Source: a virus
Lineage: Duplodnaviria > Caudoviricetes
Strand: one strand, 5' to 3'
Length of the DNA stretch: 64,000 bases
Virus record (IMG/VR): IMGVR_UViG_3300034170_000057
The notes under the pieces are model-generated. The model was not told where the DNA came from, did not search any database, and worked only from the letters and a program-made list of their open reading frames with translations. How positions within the stretch are numbered: position 1 is the stretch's first letter; each line of letters starts with the position of its first letter. The position numbers were made by a program, and so were the translations under genes. Shown in pieces: positions 27,401 through 37,036 of the stretch.

Positions 27401-28915
27401 ATGGCTGCAAAAATCACCCGTAAAGCCGCTGTTGCAGAGCTGGCTGATAAAAAACCGGCTGTAAAGGCTCTCGACAAAATCACTGCTACAAAACCAGCGC
27501 GCAAACCACGGGAAGCAAAACCCGAAGCGAAACGTCGTTTGTCCAAAGGCAGGCCAGTCGCTGAAACCCCAAAAGCCAAGCCGGTGAAGCCTCTGCAATT
27601 CCGGGATCTGTGGAGTGAAAACGTTCTGACGATCAAGGAATACGTTAATCGTTTCGGGGGACATGACGCCGCACGCGTATACATCGACTACGCCGAAGAC
27701 GAATTACCGAGCAATATCCTACGAATTAACAAAGGCATGCTTTGCAGCATGATCGCCGGTTCTGATCAAGACGTTGAGCGCGCCTATCGTCGTGCGTTGA
27801 TCAGCTACAACCTCGGCCAACTGGCGCCGCACCAAGTTGCGAACGTACAGCGCCTATACAGTTCACAGACGATTGCGAAATGGCGCAAAGAAATTTCGCA
27901 CCCTAGCTATGAAACGCTAACGGAACTGGAAAGCTACGGTATTTATTTGGTAGCAGGTTCTATTCTGGAAGAGGACGCGCCACAACAGCCACCACAAAAA
28001 CAACCGGGCGCGCCGTTGTATCCAGCGGGCGACGAAATCTACGAAATCTTTAAATTGCGTGATTTGGAGCGCTGCGCTTATGCAGCGGTTGACTACGAGC
28101 GCAACGTAAACACGAATATGGCTTTCGACGATTACGAACGCTTGAGCAAAATTGCAGCGTTCCGGGCCATGATGGAATTGTGGCCCTTGTCATTCCGCCA
28201 TTACGCGAATGTGGGGGCTGATATTCGTGATGTAACGTGGACCCTGATCACCGACGAATTCAAGGCTGTGGTGAGCCATGAGCGCGTCGAAGTCATTATC
28301 GGCACCGATGTTGCGGGGTACACGCTGTACGCCAGCGTAGATAGCTTGGAGGAAGCATTGGAGGGTGTGTTCCACCACTTCGACACCCTGAGTACCGATC
28401 AACTGCAAGGCATGCTGAGAACCGTGGGGTTCGACCAGATGTACGTGGCCGGGATGAAATTCGATTTATTGGCGAATCGCTCTTTTAATCCGGGGGCGTT
28501 TGTAAAGCCGACGTATGAACACGCCGTCGAGATTTACCATAACAGCGCACGTATGTCCGCTGCCGATTTCCTGCTGCTGGCGGCGCAAACCACACGGGGC
28601 GTTTTTATCGAGCGCGCAGAAACGCACGGCACGTTCGACGAATACAATTTGATCGTGGATGACATGTTGTTTCGCGTCATGTATTTGGACAAGACAGATG
28701 CGTCGAGCAACGTCCACCATTGTGTGGCTTCCCTGAGCCTGCACCAAAACATTTTGATGACAGGTCGTCTGTCGCTGGAAGCACACGGCGTGTACATCGC
28801 TGAAAATTCAGTGATGCAATTGCCCGTCAGCGAAGCAGCGCAGGAAAGGTTCTTCCCGGACGTTGAAAACACCGAAGACGAAATCCTGTTTATCAACAGC
28901 GTGACATTCGTCTGA
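27401..28915 (+). CDS. large hypothetical protein with Lys/Ala/Pro-rich N-tail
   Basis: AGGAGA SD before ATG 27401; about 504 aa. Confidence 0.75.
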   Translation: MAAKITRKAAVAELADKKPAVKALDKITATKPARKPREAKPEAKRRLSKGRPVAETPKAKPVKPLQFRDLWSENVLTIKEYVNRFGGHDAARVYIDYAEDELPSNILRINKGMLCSMIAGSDQDVERAYRRALISYNLGQLAPHQVANVQRLYSSQTIAKWRKEISHPSYETLTELESYGIYLVAGSILEEDAPQQPPQKQPGAPLYPAGDEIYEIFKLRDLERCAYAAVDYERNVNTNMAFDDYERLSKIAAFRAMMELWPLSFRHYANVGADIRDVTWTLITDEFKAVVSHERVEVIIGTDVAGYTLYASVDSLEEALEGVFHHFDTLSTDQLQGMLRTVGFDQMYVAGMKFDLLANRSFNPGAFVKPTYEHAVEIYHNSARMSAADFLLLAAQTTRGVFIERAETHGTFDEYNLIVDDMLFRVMYLDKTDASSNVHHCVASLSLHQNILMTGRLSLEAHGVYIAENSVMQLPVSEAAQERFFPDVENTEDEILFINSVTFV

Positions 28916-28921
28916 TGCACC

Positions 28922-28950
28922 GGGCCATGCTTTGATAGGTGGCCCTTTTA
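28922..28950 (+). terminator. probable intrinsic terminator
   Basis: GGGCCA/TGGCCC stem followed by TTTTA. Confidence 0.55.
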
Positions 28951-29006
28951 TTATTTACACGGCTATAAATTTTTTAAGAAACCAAACCGGGATCAGAGGG
29001 TTTTCC

Positions 29007-29639
29007 ATGATGTTTTACATATCGGTTGGTGCCATGGCGTCGAACCGTTCCATTGTCGATTCTTACGCGGCGCAAATGGGATGGAGTGTGGAGCGGGCGA
29101 CCGCTACTTTAAACGCATACGGAACGGGCCTTTATTTGCCCCCGTTGGAAGAGGTGAAAGCACTTAGCACCCTCGACGATTTTGAAACCGAATGGCGCAT
29201 TGCCCTGTACGCCTATCACATTCTGGAAATGCAGCGGCTGGGTGCAGACCTCAACGCCGTCTGTAAGCCTGAGACGCGGGCCAAGTGGATACGCGGGGCG
29301 TCTGTGGTATCCGACAAGCTCAAGCGCAAGTTTCTGGATGTACTGGGCGTGGATATCGACCACGTGCCAGAAGGGCGCCGCTACACACATGCTGGCGACG
29401 GTGTGGGGAAGAAAATTGTAATCGACACGCGGCGCAATCATCTGCGCACGGATCGTTTCTGCTGGACGCTTTGCCCTGTGCATGAAAATGCCTACGTGGT
29501 GAAGTTGGAAAGCCGAAAAGAAATCGAAGACCTCGAAGAGGAATTGCGGCGTCTCGATATTTTCACAATGCCTACGGGCGATTTTATGAGCGCCGTTATT
29601 CCGGCACACGAAGCGAAGGTGTATTATGCCAAACCATGA
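29007..29639 (+). CDS. hypothetical protein
   Basis: GAGGG SD, ATG 29007. Confidence 0.7.
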   Translation: MMFYISVGAMASNRSIVDSYAAQMGWSVERATATLNAYGTGLYLPPLEEVKALSTLDDFETEWRIALYAYHILEMQRLGADLNAVCKPETRAKWIRGASVVSDKLKRKFLDVLGVDIDHVPEGRRYTHAGDGVGKKIVIDTRRNHLRTDRFCWTLCPVHENAYVVKLESRKEIEDLEEELRRLDIFTMPTGDFMSAVIPAHEAKVYYAKP

Positions 29640-30040
29640 AAAAGATTTATCGTAGCGCCAACCAAAAAGGTTGGTACATTCCTGAGCGCTTTGAAACCCA
29701 GCGCCAAAAGTTTCTGGATGTGGATTTTGGTAGTCCCGAGCAATCGTATGCAGCAGCTATGCGTGAGCTAGAGCCTGAAGACGCAACACTCCGGAAACTA
29801 GAAACGAAATCTCGTTCGAATAAAACGAGTGAATTGCCGGTGGGCATTACGCACTATACTGTGCGCGACGGCAATCAAGTTAAACACCGGTTTGCAGTTT
29901 GTAATCCGGTGACAGGCAGACCGCAAATGGTACACATCGGAAACGATAATACCTACCTGCGGAACTGGGAACCCAAAATGGCAGTTGCCGAAGCACTTCG
30001 CGAATCATTCGTTGACGAACACAGGGAAATGCAGGCATGA
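29636..30040 (+). CDS. AP2-like DNA-binding protein
   Basis: GW....QKFLDVDFGSPEQSYAAAM, then RSNKTSELPVGIT...RFAV. Confidence 0.45.
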   Translation: MKKIYRSANQKGWYIPERFETQRQKFLDVDFGSPEQSYAAAMRELEPEDATLRKLETKSRSNKTSELPVGITHYTVRDGNQVKHRFAVCNPVTGRPQMVHIGNDNTYLRNWEPKMAVAEALRESFVDEHREMQA

Positions 30041-31137
30041 CCATATCGCAGCAACAGATTACAGACATGACGGAAGACCGTCGCAGTTTTCAAGAATTTT
30101 ACGACGTGCTGTTCGTAACCAACATTTACGAGTCCGCGAATTTCTTCGTCGAGGTATTCGATAAGTTCGGTCGGCATACCAAAACCCTTTACGGCAACGT
30201 GTTTCCGAAAGTTGGCGAACCGTTTGGCGACTACGAGGTTTCTATCGTCGCACAAGGCCTCACGCAGTTTCTGTATGACATGAGCTGTATTCATCGCTCT
30301 GCCTCAACGAAGACTGTTGTCTATCCATGGGCGGGTCTGCACGTTCAAGATATCCTCCGTTACGTTCGTGGTGAATTGAGTTTTATCAGCGTGGCGAACG
30401 GTGTGGTAATCACTGACGAAAAAACAACGCCTATTCGTCTCCCGGTGGCGGCCAAGCCTCTTTTGATGGGACGCGAATTGCTGGAACTGCGCGCCCTATT
30501 TAAAGAGGTGTACCGGCCTCACATGTTGTCGCAGTTTCTGGAACGCTGGAAAGACAACATTGTGGATTGCTGCAATGTGCCAAAAACCCAAGAGGATTTA
30601 CTGGGCGCGTTGGAACATTTGGCGGCGCTGCATAATCGCTCTTTTGAGTACGGCCCGGAAGGCGTCGGCATTTCCTACGTGATTGGCGGAAACGTCAAAG
30701 TGAAATACCACAAGCCGAAGAAAGCGGTTTTGATCGAAGACGCATACGGGGGAGTAGTCGAACTCGACTTAGGCTCTGACGTGGTTGGCGTTGTTCTGGA
30801 GGCGATCACAGGCGCCCCGGACACCGGCCTAATGGGTATTCACGAAAGCAAGGGTTATGCAGCCCTAGAAGACCTCAAAGAGCGCCTAGCGTACTGCCCG
30901 GATGACCGCATGCAATCCTACGTGCGCCACGGGAGTGAATTCGTTGTGAACCGTCGCGACCGGACGAATCACACGGGTAAGCTGGTTACGGCAAAGGATC
31001 AATACGATCAGACCTATCTGATTTTCGTGATGGAAAAAGACAAGGCAGTTGTACGCTGTGAATTGCACACCGCTGACCTATCGGAAGTCGGCAAGTTCTA
31101 CGACGTAATCACCGGCTATATGGACGTGAACAAATGA
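30037..31137 (+). CDS. hypothetical protein
   Basis: 366 aa, ATGA overlap. Confidence 0.75.
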   Translation: MTISQQQITDMTEDRRSFQEFYDVLFVTNIYESANFFVEVFDKFGRHTKTLYGNVFPKVGEPFGDYEVSIVAQGLTQFLYDMSCIHRSASTKTVVYPWAGLHVQDILRYVRGELSFISVANGVVITDEKTTPIRLPVAAKPLLMGRELLELRALFKEVYRPHMLSQFLERWKDNIVDCCNVPKTQEDLLGALEHLAALHNRSFEYGPEGVGISYVIGGNVKVKYHKPKKAVLIEDAYGGVVELDLGSDVVGVVLEAITGAPDTGLMGIHESKGYAALEDLKERLAYCPDDRMQSYVRHGSEFVVNRRDRTNHTGKLVTAKDQYDQTYLIFVMEKDKAVVRCELHTADLSEVGKFYDVITGYMDVNK

Positions 31138-31877
31138 ATAAATTCCGTGAGGAACTGGAAGAGCTTCTGGCCTTCCGCAAGGTGCCTTACATCGCAATCG
31201 AAAACACGGTTGCAGTGGACGGGATAGAAATTGAATTCCGTGCAAAGGAATATGCGATCAAGGCGTACCAGCGTGCGGACTATCTGACTACCCTGAAACC
31301 GATCACCATCGGGCGTTTCCACTACAGCGATCTTGCGTTGGAAGCGTTGACCGGCGTTGCGGATATGGCGAAGGAATTGATGCGCTGGCGGAAAATGCCG
31401 GGTTTCAATGTTCCGGAAATTGTGTTTGCTTTTGGCGAGCGTACTTTTCTGGCCGGTCGTAAATACTGGGCAGACGCCGGGCACATGTTCATTTACGCCA
31501 TGTACCGAATCCGTGGCGTGAACAGCAATCACGAAACGTTTGTGGAACTGATTTCGGATCACGGCACCCGTGAGAAATTCGTCGGCAAGAATCAACCGTT
31601 CGTGCTGAAGGAAAAAGCCTTCCTGAAAGTATCAGCTGATCCGTTTGTGGTGCGGTCGGAAAGTTATTATTCGACCATGACCAGTCTGCCCATAGATCCG
31701 AACATGGTTCTGGCGTGGTACGAACGTCGGCAGAAAACAATCACTACCAATCAGGCGGAATGTGAGGCACACGGAATTACAATTGCGCAGGAACGTGTGC
31801 AGTTGGCGAACTTCCTTGTGCTGGTCCCGCGTGAAGAATTTGCAATCCCATTACTGTTCCCGCATGAGTGGAACTGA
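31134..31877 (+). CDS. hypothetical protein
   Basis: 247 aa, ATGA overlap. Confidence 0.75.
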   Translation: MNKFREELEELLAFRKVPYIAIENTVAVDGIEIEFRAKEYAIKAYQRADYLTTLKPITIGRFHYSDLALEALTGVADMAKELMRWRKMPGFNVPEIVFAFGERTFLAGRKYWADAGHMFIYAMYRIRGVNSNHETFVELISDHGTREKFVGKNQPFVLKEKAFLKVSADPFVVRSESYYSTMTSLPIDPNMVLAWYERRQKTITTNQAECEAHGITIAQERVQLANFLVLVPREEFAIPLLFPHEWN

Positions 31878-31887
31878 GGAAATCAAA

Positions 31888-32640
31888 ATGGCCGCATTCC
31901 ACACTTTTCAAAAGCAGATTAATTATGTGCAGGAATTCCTGACCGCCCGTGCAATTCCATTTGATGTGGATAGTTCGCGCTGGGGGCCGATCATCCTGAC
32001 TGAAGGCCTGCGCATTAACTTCAATAAGCGCACGATCAATGTCTACCACAAGAAAGTGGAAAGCCCGAGCGGCGTGCTGGATTGGAACTGGAGCGAACAG
32101 CTTCACGAACCGAAATCGCCGGAAGAAATCACAGCCCTCGACGATTACCTGAAACTGGTCTGCTGTGCTGCGCAGTATGCAAGCATGGCTCGCCAGTTCA
32201 CCAAGTCGCCGGAGTGGATTATTTTCACTACGGTTTTCACCGACGACCGCATACTCGACGAAAATCAAATCACGGTGCAGGCGTGGGTTGCCCTCAATCA
32301 CTTGGGTGCCGACACGTACATGAAACACCTTTGCAATCGTGCGTACATCGTGACAAACAAGAATTACCACGATACCGATAGCGACCGCGTTTCTGTACGG
32401 GATTACAACCCGATGACGTTGGCCCTTGGTTCGCCTGTAGGCCAAAGCTACACCGATGGACACAAGCCCGAAGCCGAGGGTAATTTCATCACGGACGGCC
32501 CTTTCACTTTCGTTCCGGCGCGTGCAACAATTCACACGTCGAGCAATTACGTGTTGCCTGCTACCGAACCTGAGACGTGGCCCATTTGGGTTTTGGTTCG
32601 TTCCCATGATGTGAAAATGCGCGTGGAGACTTCAAAATGA
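31888..32640 (+). CDS. hypothetical protein
   Basis: GAGGA SD, ATG 31888. Confidence 0.75.
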   Translation: MAAFHTFQKQINYVQEFLTARAIPFDVDSSRWGPIILTEGLRINFNKRTINVYHKKVESPSGVLDWNWSEQLHEPKSPEEITALDDYLKLVCCAAQYASMARQFTKSPEWIIFTTVFTDDRILDENQITVQAWVALNHLGADTYMKHLCNRAYIVTNKNYHDTDSDRVSVRDYNPMTLALGSPVGQSYTDGHKPEAEGNFITDGPFTFVPARATIHTSSNYVLPATEPETWPIWVLVRSHDVKMRVETSK

Positions 32641-33245
32641 AACACGACAAACTGATCAGCGATTTGTGCGTATATTTCGATGCCAAAATGGCCGACACGC
32701 ACACCGAACAAGAAACGCAGCTTTTCACGCAGCTAGTTGACCTTCAACGGTCGCTCAAAAACGGCAATACGGAAATTCGCACACTTAGCATGTGGTGGGT
32801 TTTCTGGCGTGGCAAAAAAAGCACCATGGATTCCGTGACCGGCTTCGAAGAACGCGATGCGATGATTCGTCTCGGTTATGGGCAAGGCGCTGTAAATTCT
32901 GTGGATTTTATTTCCGCAGCGCCGGACGGCTGGCGAGTATTCCTCCCGGTCACGTTGCCCGATTACGAACACGCGTCGGACGTTGATGCCATGATCGAAT
33001 GGTACAACGATAAAACCCGCGAAATCATCGTGCGCTACGTGGAAGAAAATCTGCCGCTGGAATTGGTGCGTATGCTCAAACGCATGCACAGCCAGCAGCA
33101 TAGCGTTGTGTCCCAGTACAAAGACCGGGAATTCACAAAGCATTTCCTTGTCATGTCGAAAGGTTACATGGCCGTGATCAACAAATTTCTGGAAGAGGTT
33201 CACCCGGATATTTTCAATTCGATTGATTTGGAGGCTGACGAATAA
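32637..33245 (+). CDS. hypothetical protein
   Basis: ATGA overlap. Confidence 0.7.
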   Translation: MKHDKLISDLCVYFDAKMADTHTEQETQLFTQLVDLQRSLKNGNTEIRTLSMWWVFWRGKKSTMDSVTGFEERDAMIRLGYGQGAVNSVDFISAAPDGWRVFLPVTLPDYEHASDVDAMIEWYNDKTREIIVRYVEENLPLELVRMLKRMHSQQHSVVSQYKDREFTKHFLVMSKGYMAVINKFLEEVHPDIFNSIDLEADE

Positions 33246-33937
33246 TGTCGATTCAAAAAGAAATGTTCTTCAACCACGTGGCCGATGTGATCACCGCCAA
33301 CCCTGAATGGATGGGGCAGTTGATCATGACCATACAGGGCGCGGTTCTGGAAAAGCTAGCGCACACTAACGCGGCACGTAGCGAAGCCGAATTCGCTTTG
33401 ATGGGCATTATTGATTTGGTGCCGAAAAAGAAACTGGACGATAACCCGGCTGCTGCCACGAAAGCTAAACGGGTTTTGAGCCAGTGCGGTTCTTTCCGGG
33501 GCACGGAATACGCGAAACAACTGGAACAGGAAATCACGGCGGGCACGTTGCGTATTTCTGCACAGCGTGAACAACAGAAAGCAGACGACGCACAAGCCGA
33601 AAAAGAACGTGTGCAACGCCTGCGTGAAAACCGTGAACGCGAGCGCCACAAGAAGCACCCGCTATCGACCATTACCGGCGAATCGCTGGCGTGGTCTGTT
33701 GCCAACAACCAAAGCCATATAAAGCCGTACAAGGTCGATAGTGGCAAAGGCCTGTGGTCATTCCACGCGTGGGTGCTGGTAGTGAACGAAGAGGCGCCAT
33801 CGCAGGCACAAGAGCGCTCAATGCTGTATGTGGGTGACGGTCTGCGTGGTCGCTACACATTCGCCACCGAAGCGGATGCACTGACCTCGATTGAGGAAAT
33901 CACGAACTACGGAAAATCTTTGCCGGAGAAACAGTAA
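33245..33937 (+). CDS. hypothetical protein with central coiled coil
   Basis: TAATG overlap. Confidence 0.7.
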   Translation: MSIQKEMFFNHVADVITANPEWMGQLIMTIQGAVLEKLAHTNAARSEAEFALMGIIDLVPKKKLDDNPAAATKAKRVLSQCGSFRGTEYAKQLEQEITAGTLRISAQREQQKADDAQAEKERVQRLRENRERERHKKHPLSTITGESLAWSVANNQSHIKPYKVDSGKGLWSFHAWVLVVNEEAPSQAQERSMLYVGDGLRGRYTFATEADALTSIEEITNYGKSLPEKQ

Positions 33938-34338
33938 TGAAAACGTACAACGTGGTTACAGGCACCAATCGCGACCAATCTACTTTCTTGCTGGGTCACA
34001 CCATCGGCAAACGGCTGGAACGTTTCGAATCTTTGATCGTGGTTGTTGCCGATCAGGATTTGCTTCCGTCACAATTGCGCGTGATGGGTGAATTCCAAAA
34101 GCCTTGCAAAGCGGTTGCAGTTTGTCACGGTGTGAGCCGGGTAGACGAATGTATCGAGTATTACAAAAGCCTACCCGGCGATTCTGCGCCTAACATCCAT
34201 ATCGTTTATTGGATGCCTGCGCAAATCAAATACAAGCAAGATGCGGACGGCTGGATGCCGGTGGAAATCACCAGTGACCTTATCAAGCGCCAGATAGCAC
34301 GCGCTGACGTTTCGACCATCACGCTTTTCGTGGAGTGA
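33937..34338 (+). CDS. hypothetical protein
   Basis: TAATG overlap. Confidence 0.7.
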   Translation: MKTYNVVTGTNRDQSTFLLGHTIGKRLERFESLIVVVADQDLLPSQLRVMGEFQKPCKAVAVCHGVSRVDECIEYYKSLPGDSAPNIHIVYWMPAQIKYKQDADGWMPVEITSDLIKRQIARADVSTITLFVE

Positions 34339-34859
34339 AAATGAAATACGTTTTTCCTGAAATGATCGTCGCCCAATCGCGTCACGCAGGGGGCACCACC
34401 AATTCCGTCATGGGCGGTATGTTTATCGACATGGTGCAGGAACGAAGCCGCGAAGTGCAGCGCCCCATTTCGTTTTTGTTTCTGAATGACGAACAAAATC
34501 TGGCGTCGTTGTACATGCGTTTCACGCAATACTTTGGCAACAATGAACACTACCACTACGTCGTCGGGTATTTTGATAAGCGTGTCAAACTCGTATCGGT
34601 TGCACACAGTGCAGAAACGGGCGACCACACGGCGAAAATAAAAGCCATCGTAGAATTTGCGATGGATCATCCGGAAGACGAAATTTGGGTGTACGTCGAT
34701 ACGCAGCGCACGTTCCGTCTGGCTTGTACTAGCCCCACTGGAATGGTCGTTCCTTTCACCGTTGAAACCAGCGCTGATTTGGCCGGTGTATTCGCGGCGC
34801 CTAACGTGCGTTTGCGCTATGCCGGTCTGGCGCTTACGTTGGGCGGTCGTCCTGAGTAA
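34335..34859 (+). CDS. hypothetical protein
   Basis: GTGA overlap (alternative ATG 34341). Confidence 0.65.
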   Translation: MKMKYVFPEMIVAQSRHAGGTTNSVMGGMFIDMVQERSREVQRPISFLFLNDEQNLASLYMRFTQYFGNNEHYHYVVGYFDKRVKLVSVAHSAETGDHTAKIKAIVEFAMDHPEDEIWVYVDTQRTFRLACTSPTGMVVPFTVETSADLAGVFAAPNVRLRYAGLALTLGGRPE

Positions 34860-34914
34860 ACTGTAAATACTAGGGGTAGGATGCTTGTCCATTCCGGGCA
34901 AGCCTTACCTCTAG
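34860..34914 (+). promoter_or_regulatory. ACTGTAAATA motif plus 19-bp hairpin reaching into the SD
   Basis: 34870-34880 pairs with 34904-34914 and 34883-34890 with 34896-34903. Confidence 0.65.
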
Positions 34915-34926
34915 GGGAACACCGTT

Positions 34927-35769
34927 TTGAAATATCCTGAATCTATCGTGGCAATCCGCCGCAAAGTTTTGCAAGACATTCCGCAACTCGGTTTGGGTGG
35001 CAAAGGTTTTGTGAAGGTTGACCTTCAGCAATTCTTGAACCTGACCAAACGCGGTTTGATCATCGGCCAGCGTGAAGACCTCGACGAATCCCTGCACTGG
35101 GGCGAGGCGTACAAAGGCAATCGCGATTACGCGCAGTGGCTGAATTATTTCACCGTTGAGCAATACGGCTCGCCTGCATATCTGCCGGTAGTGAATCCGT
35201 ACATGCGTGCCCGTGAAGGTAACGGCGAATCCGATTTGCAGGGCCGTGGTTCCCTGTGCCCCGGTGGGCATACCGATTTCCTCGACGTAAAAACCGTGAT
35301 CAACGCGGGAGGTATTCCAACCAGCGTAATCGACGCATACGCCACGCTGATGTTCAACGTGATGCGTGAAGCGTTCGAAGAAATGACGTGGTACGTAAAC
35401 GGCGAAAAATTCGTCGCGTGGGAAAACGAAGGCACTCCGCACGAAAGACTGATTGCCACTGTTCACAGTCTGGCGCATCTGGCTTCGCTGCACTTCGAAG
35501 GCCTCATTTTCGACGCAACCGATAACGTCGGTCGTTTGCATGTGGCGGTCGCATTGCGTCTGCGTCTGCGCAAAGGCGTTACCGTGGGTTCGCGTGAAAA
35601 AGGCGTCGACTTTATTCCGCCTGTTGCACTGAAAGATTTCGCTACGGTTTATCCGGGCGTGCAACTCGAAAACTGGTCGAAACTTTTCGCTGACCACCTG
35701 AACACTCTGACCGCTGATTACGAAATCGGTGAAGACATTTTCAACAACCTCGGATGGACCGAACAATGA
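34927..35769 (+). CDS. Nudix-family phosphoesterase (COG4112-like)
   Basis: R...D...Y.Q...Y; Y.R...GE..L.G..S...GGH; MREAFEE; TTG start after AGGGGA. Confidence 0.6.
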   Translation: MKYPESIVAIRRKVLQDIPQLGLGGKGFVKVDLQQFLNLTKRGLIIGQREDLDESLHWGEAYKGNRDYAQWLNYFTVEQYGSPAYLPVVNPYMRAREGNGESDLQGRGSLCPGGHTDFLDVKTVINAGGIPTSVIDAYATLMFNVMREAFEEMTWYVNGEKFVAWENEGTPHERLIATVHSLAHLASLHFEGLIFDATDNVGRLHVAVALRLRLRKGVTVGSREKGVDFIPPVALKDFATVYPGVQLENWSKLFADHLNTLTADYEIGEDIFNNLGWTEQ

Positions 35770-36392
35770 CCGAATTGCCAAACGCGCCGCTTTCGTTTCG
35801 CTGGTATGACGCGCTTTTCAACACTGCGCGTTTTCAGCGTTACATTGCCAACGTGCAATTGATGGAATCGCATATTCACATGCTGCGTGGGCAAGTCATT
35901 AAGGACGGTCGCGAACTCGACCGCCGCGCCGAAAAGCTGGACGAATGCCTCAAACGCATTGCAACGCTGACCGGCCCCGCGACCGAGCAAAATACGCCCT
36001 ACCAAGTGCGCGGAAGTCACGGGCTTGGGCGGGTAAACGGCAACCCTGTACAAGATCGCCCAATGGATCGCCCGATTGATGCGGTGCGTTCTACTGAGGG
36101 CACGGACACCAGTCGCACGCAAGACAATAGCGCTTTGCTCGCTGTTGCTGCTGTCATGCTCATGAGTGACGACGTACAGGCCGCACCAGAACCTGAAATC
36201 CCGGCACAGGCTGCACCAGAACCGTGTGCGACCCAACCAGAAGCACCGGCCTATTGCGCTCCGGCATACGTGGCGCCTGAGCCGTCGCGTGAGTCGTATT
36301 CGCCCCCTAGCCGCGATGATTCGTCGTATGGGCGTGGGGATGATTCGCCATCGTCGTCTGGTGACAGCGGCGGCTCTGTTAGCAGCGATTAA
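35766..36392 (+). CDS. hypothetical protein with Pro/Ala- and Ser/Gly/Asp-rich C-terminus
   Basis: ends SSYGRGDDSPSSSGDSGGSVSSD. Confidence 0.7.
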   Translation: MTELPNAPLSFRWYDALFNTARFQRYIANVQLMESHIHMLRGQVIKDGRELDRRAEKLDECLKRIATLTGPATEQNTPYQVRGSHGLGRVNGNPVQDRPMDRPIDAVRSTEGTDTSRTQDNSALLAVAAVMLMSDDVQAAPEPEIPAQAAPEPCATQPEAPAYCAPAYVAPEPSRESYSPPSRDDSSYGRGDDSPSSSGDSGGSVSSD

Positions 36393-36398
36393 ATCGAG

Positions 36399-36441
36399 TG
36401 GGTGCCCTTCGGGGTGCCCAACTTAGGGACAATGAAAGATG
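36399..36441 (+). promoter_or_regulatory. cUUCGg hairpin plus TTAGGGACAATGAAAGATG leader
   Basis: TGGGTGCCC-TTCG-GGGTGCCCA; leader identical to 8816-8834. Confidence 0.6.
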
Positions 36442-36693
36442 AAACATTATACGAATATCAAAGCGCGGTATGAGTGGCGTGTTTTGCAGGGTGATCGCCT
36501 GATCAATCCCAACGATGTAACTTTCGGATTAGGTGATGATCAAAAGGAATTAAATCGGAATCATCTGGAGCAACCGTTTTTCACATCCCGTGAACTGGCC
36601 TACCAGAAATTGAGCCATTGGCTAGAAGGTAGCGAAGCCAATGAGGATTTTGTCTTAATCGAAATCGTGGAGCGGGATTATCGTGGATATTAA
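36439..36693 (+). CDS. hypothetical protein
   Basis: 84 aa. Confidence 0.65.
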   Translation: MKHYTNIKARYEWRVLQGDRLINPNDVTFGLGDDQKELNRNHLEQPFFTSRELAYQKLSHWLEGSEANEDFVLIEIVERDYRGY

Positions 36694-37036
36694 AATTCGT
36701 GAGGAAGGCCCGGATCTTTCCAAGTGGCCGTTTTCTACGGCGAAGTTTCGTATGGTGGTCGGGCAGAAGCCTGTATCACATTGCATCGAACCACTGGGCA
36801 CCGTGTGGGTTTCTGTGAAGGACGTAGCTGCGAAGTTTATGCAGGATAACCGCTGCACGATCAGTGACGCAGAAGCCAAAAAGATTTTGAAGAATCATCC
36901 TCCCGGTACGCTGATTGATTTGCACAGTGGCCGCATCGTGCAAACCGGCCCGCAGGACCAACTAAACTTCATTGATGCTATCGAAAAGGCAGTTGAAAAG
37001 AATGGCAAAGAAAGCGGTAAAGATTATCCCGTTTAA
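36683..37036 (+). CDS. hypothetical protein
   Basis: GTG start after GGAG. Confidence 0.6.
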   Translation: MDIKIREEGPDLSKWPFSTAKFRMVVGQKPVSHCIEPLGTVWVSVKDVAAKFMQDNRCTISDAEAKKILKNHPPGTLIDLHSGRIVQTGPQDQLNFIDAIEKAVEKNGKESGKDYPV

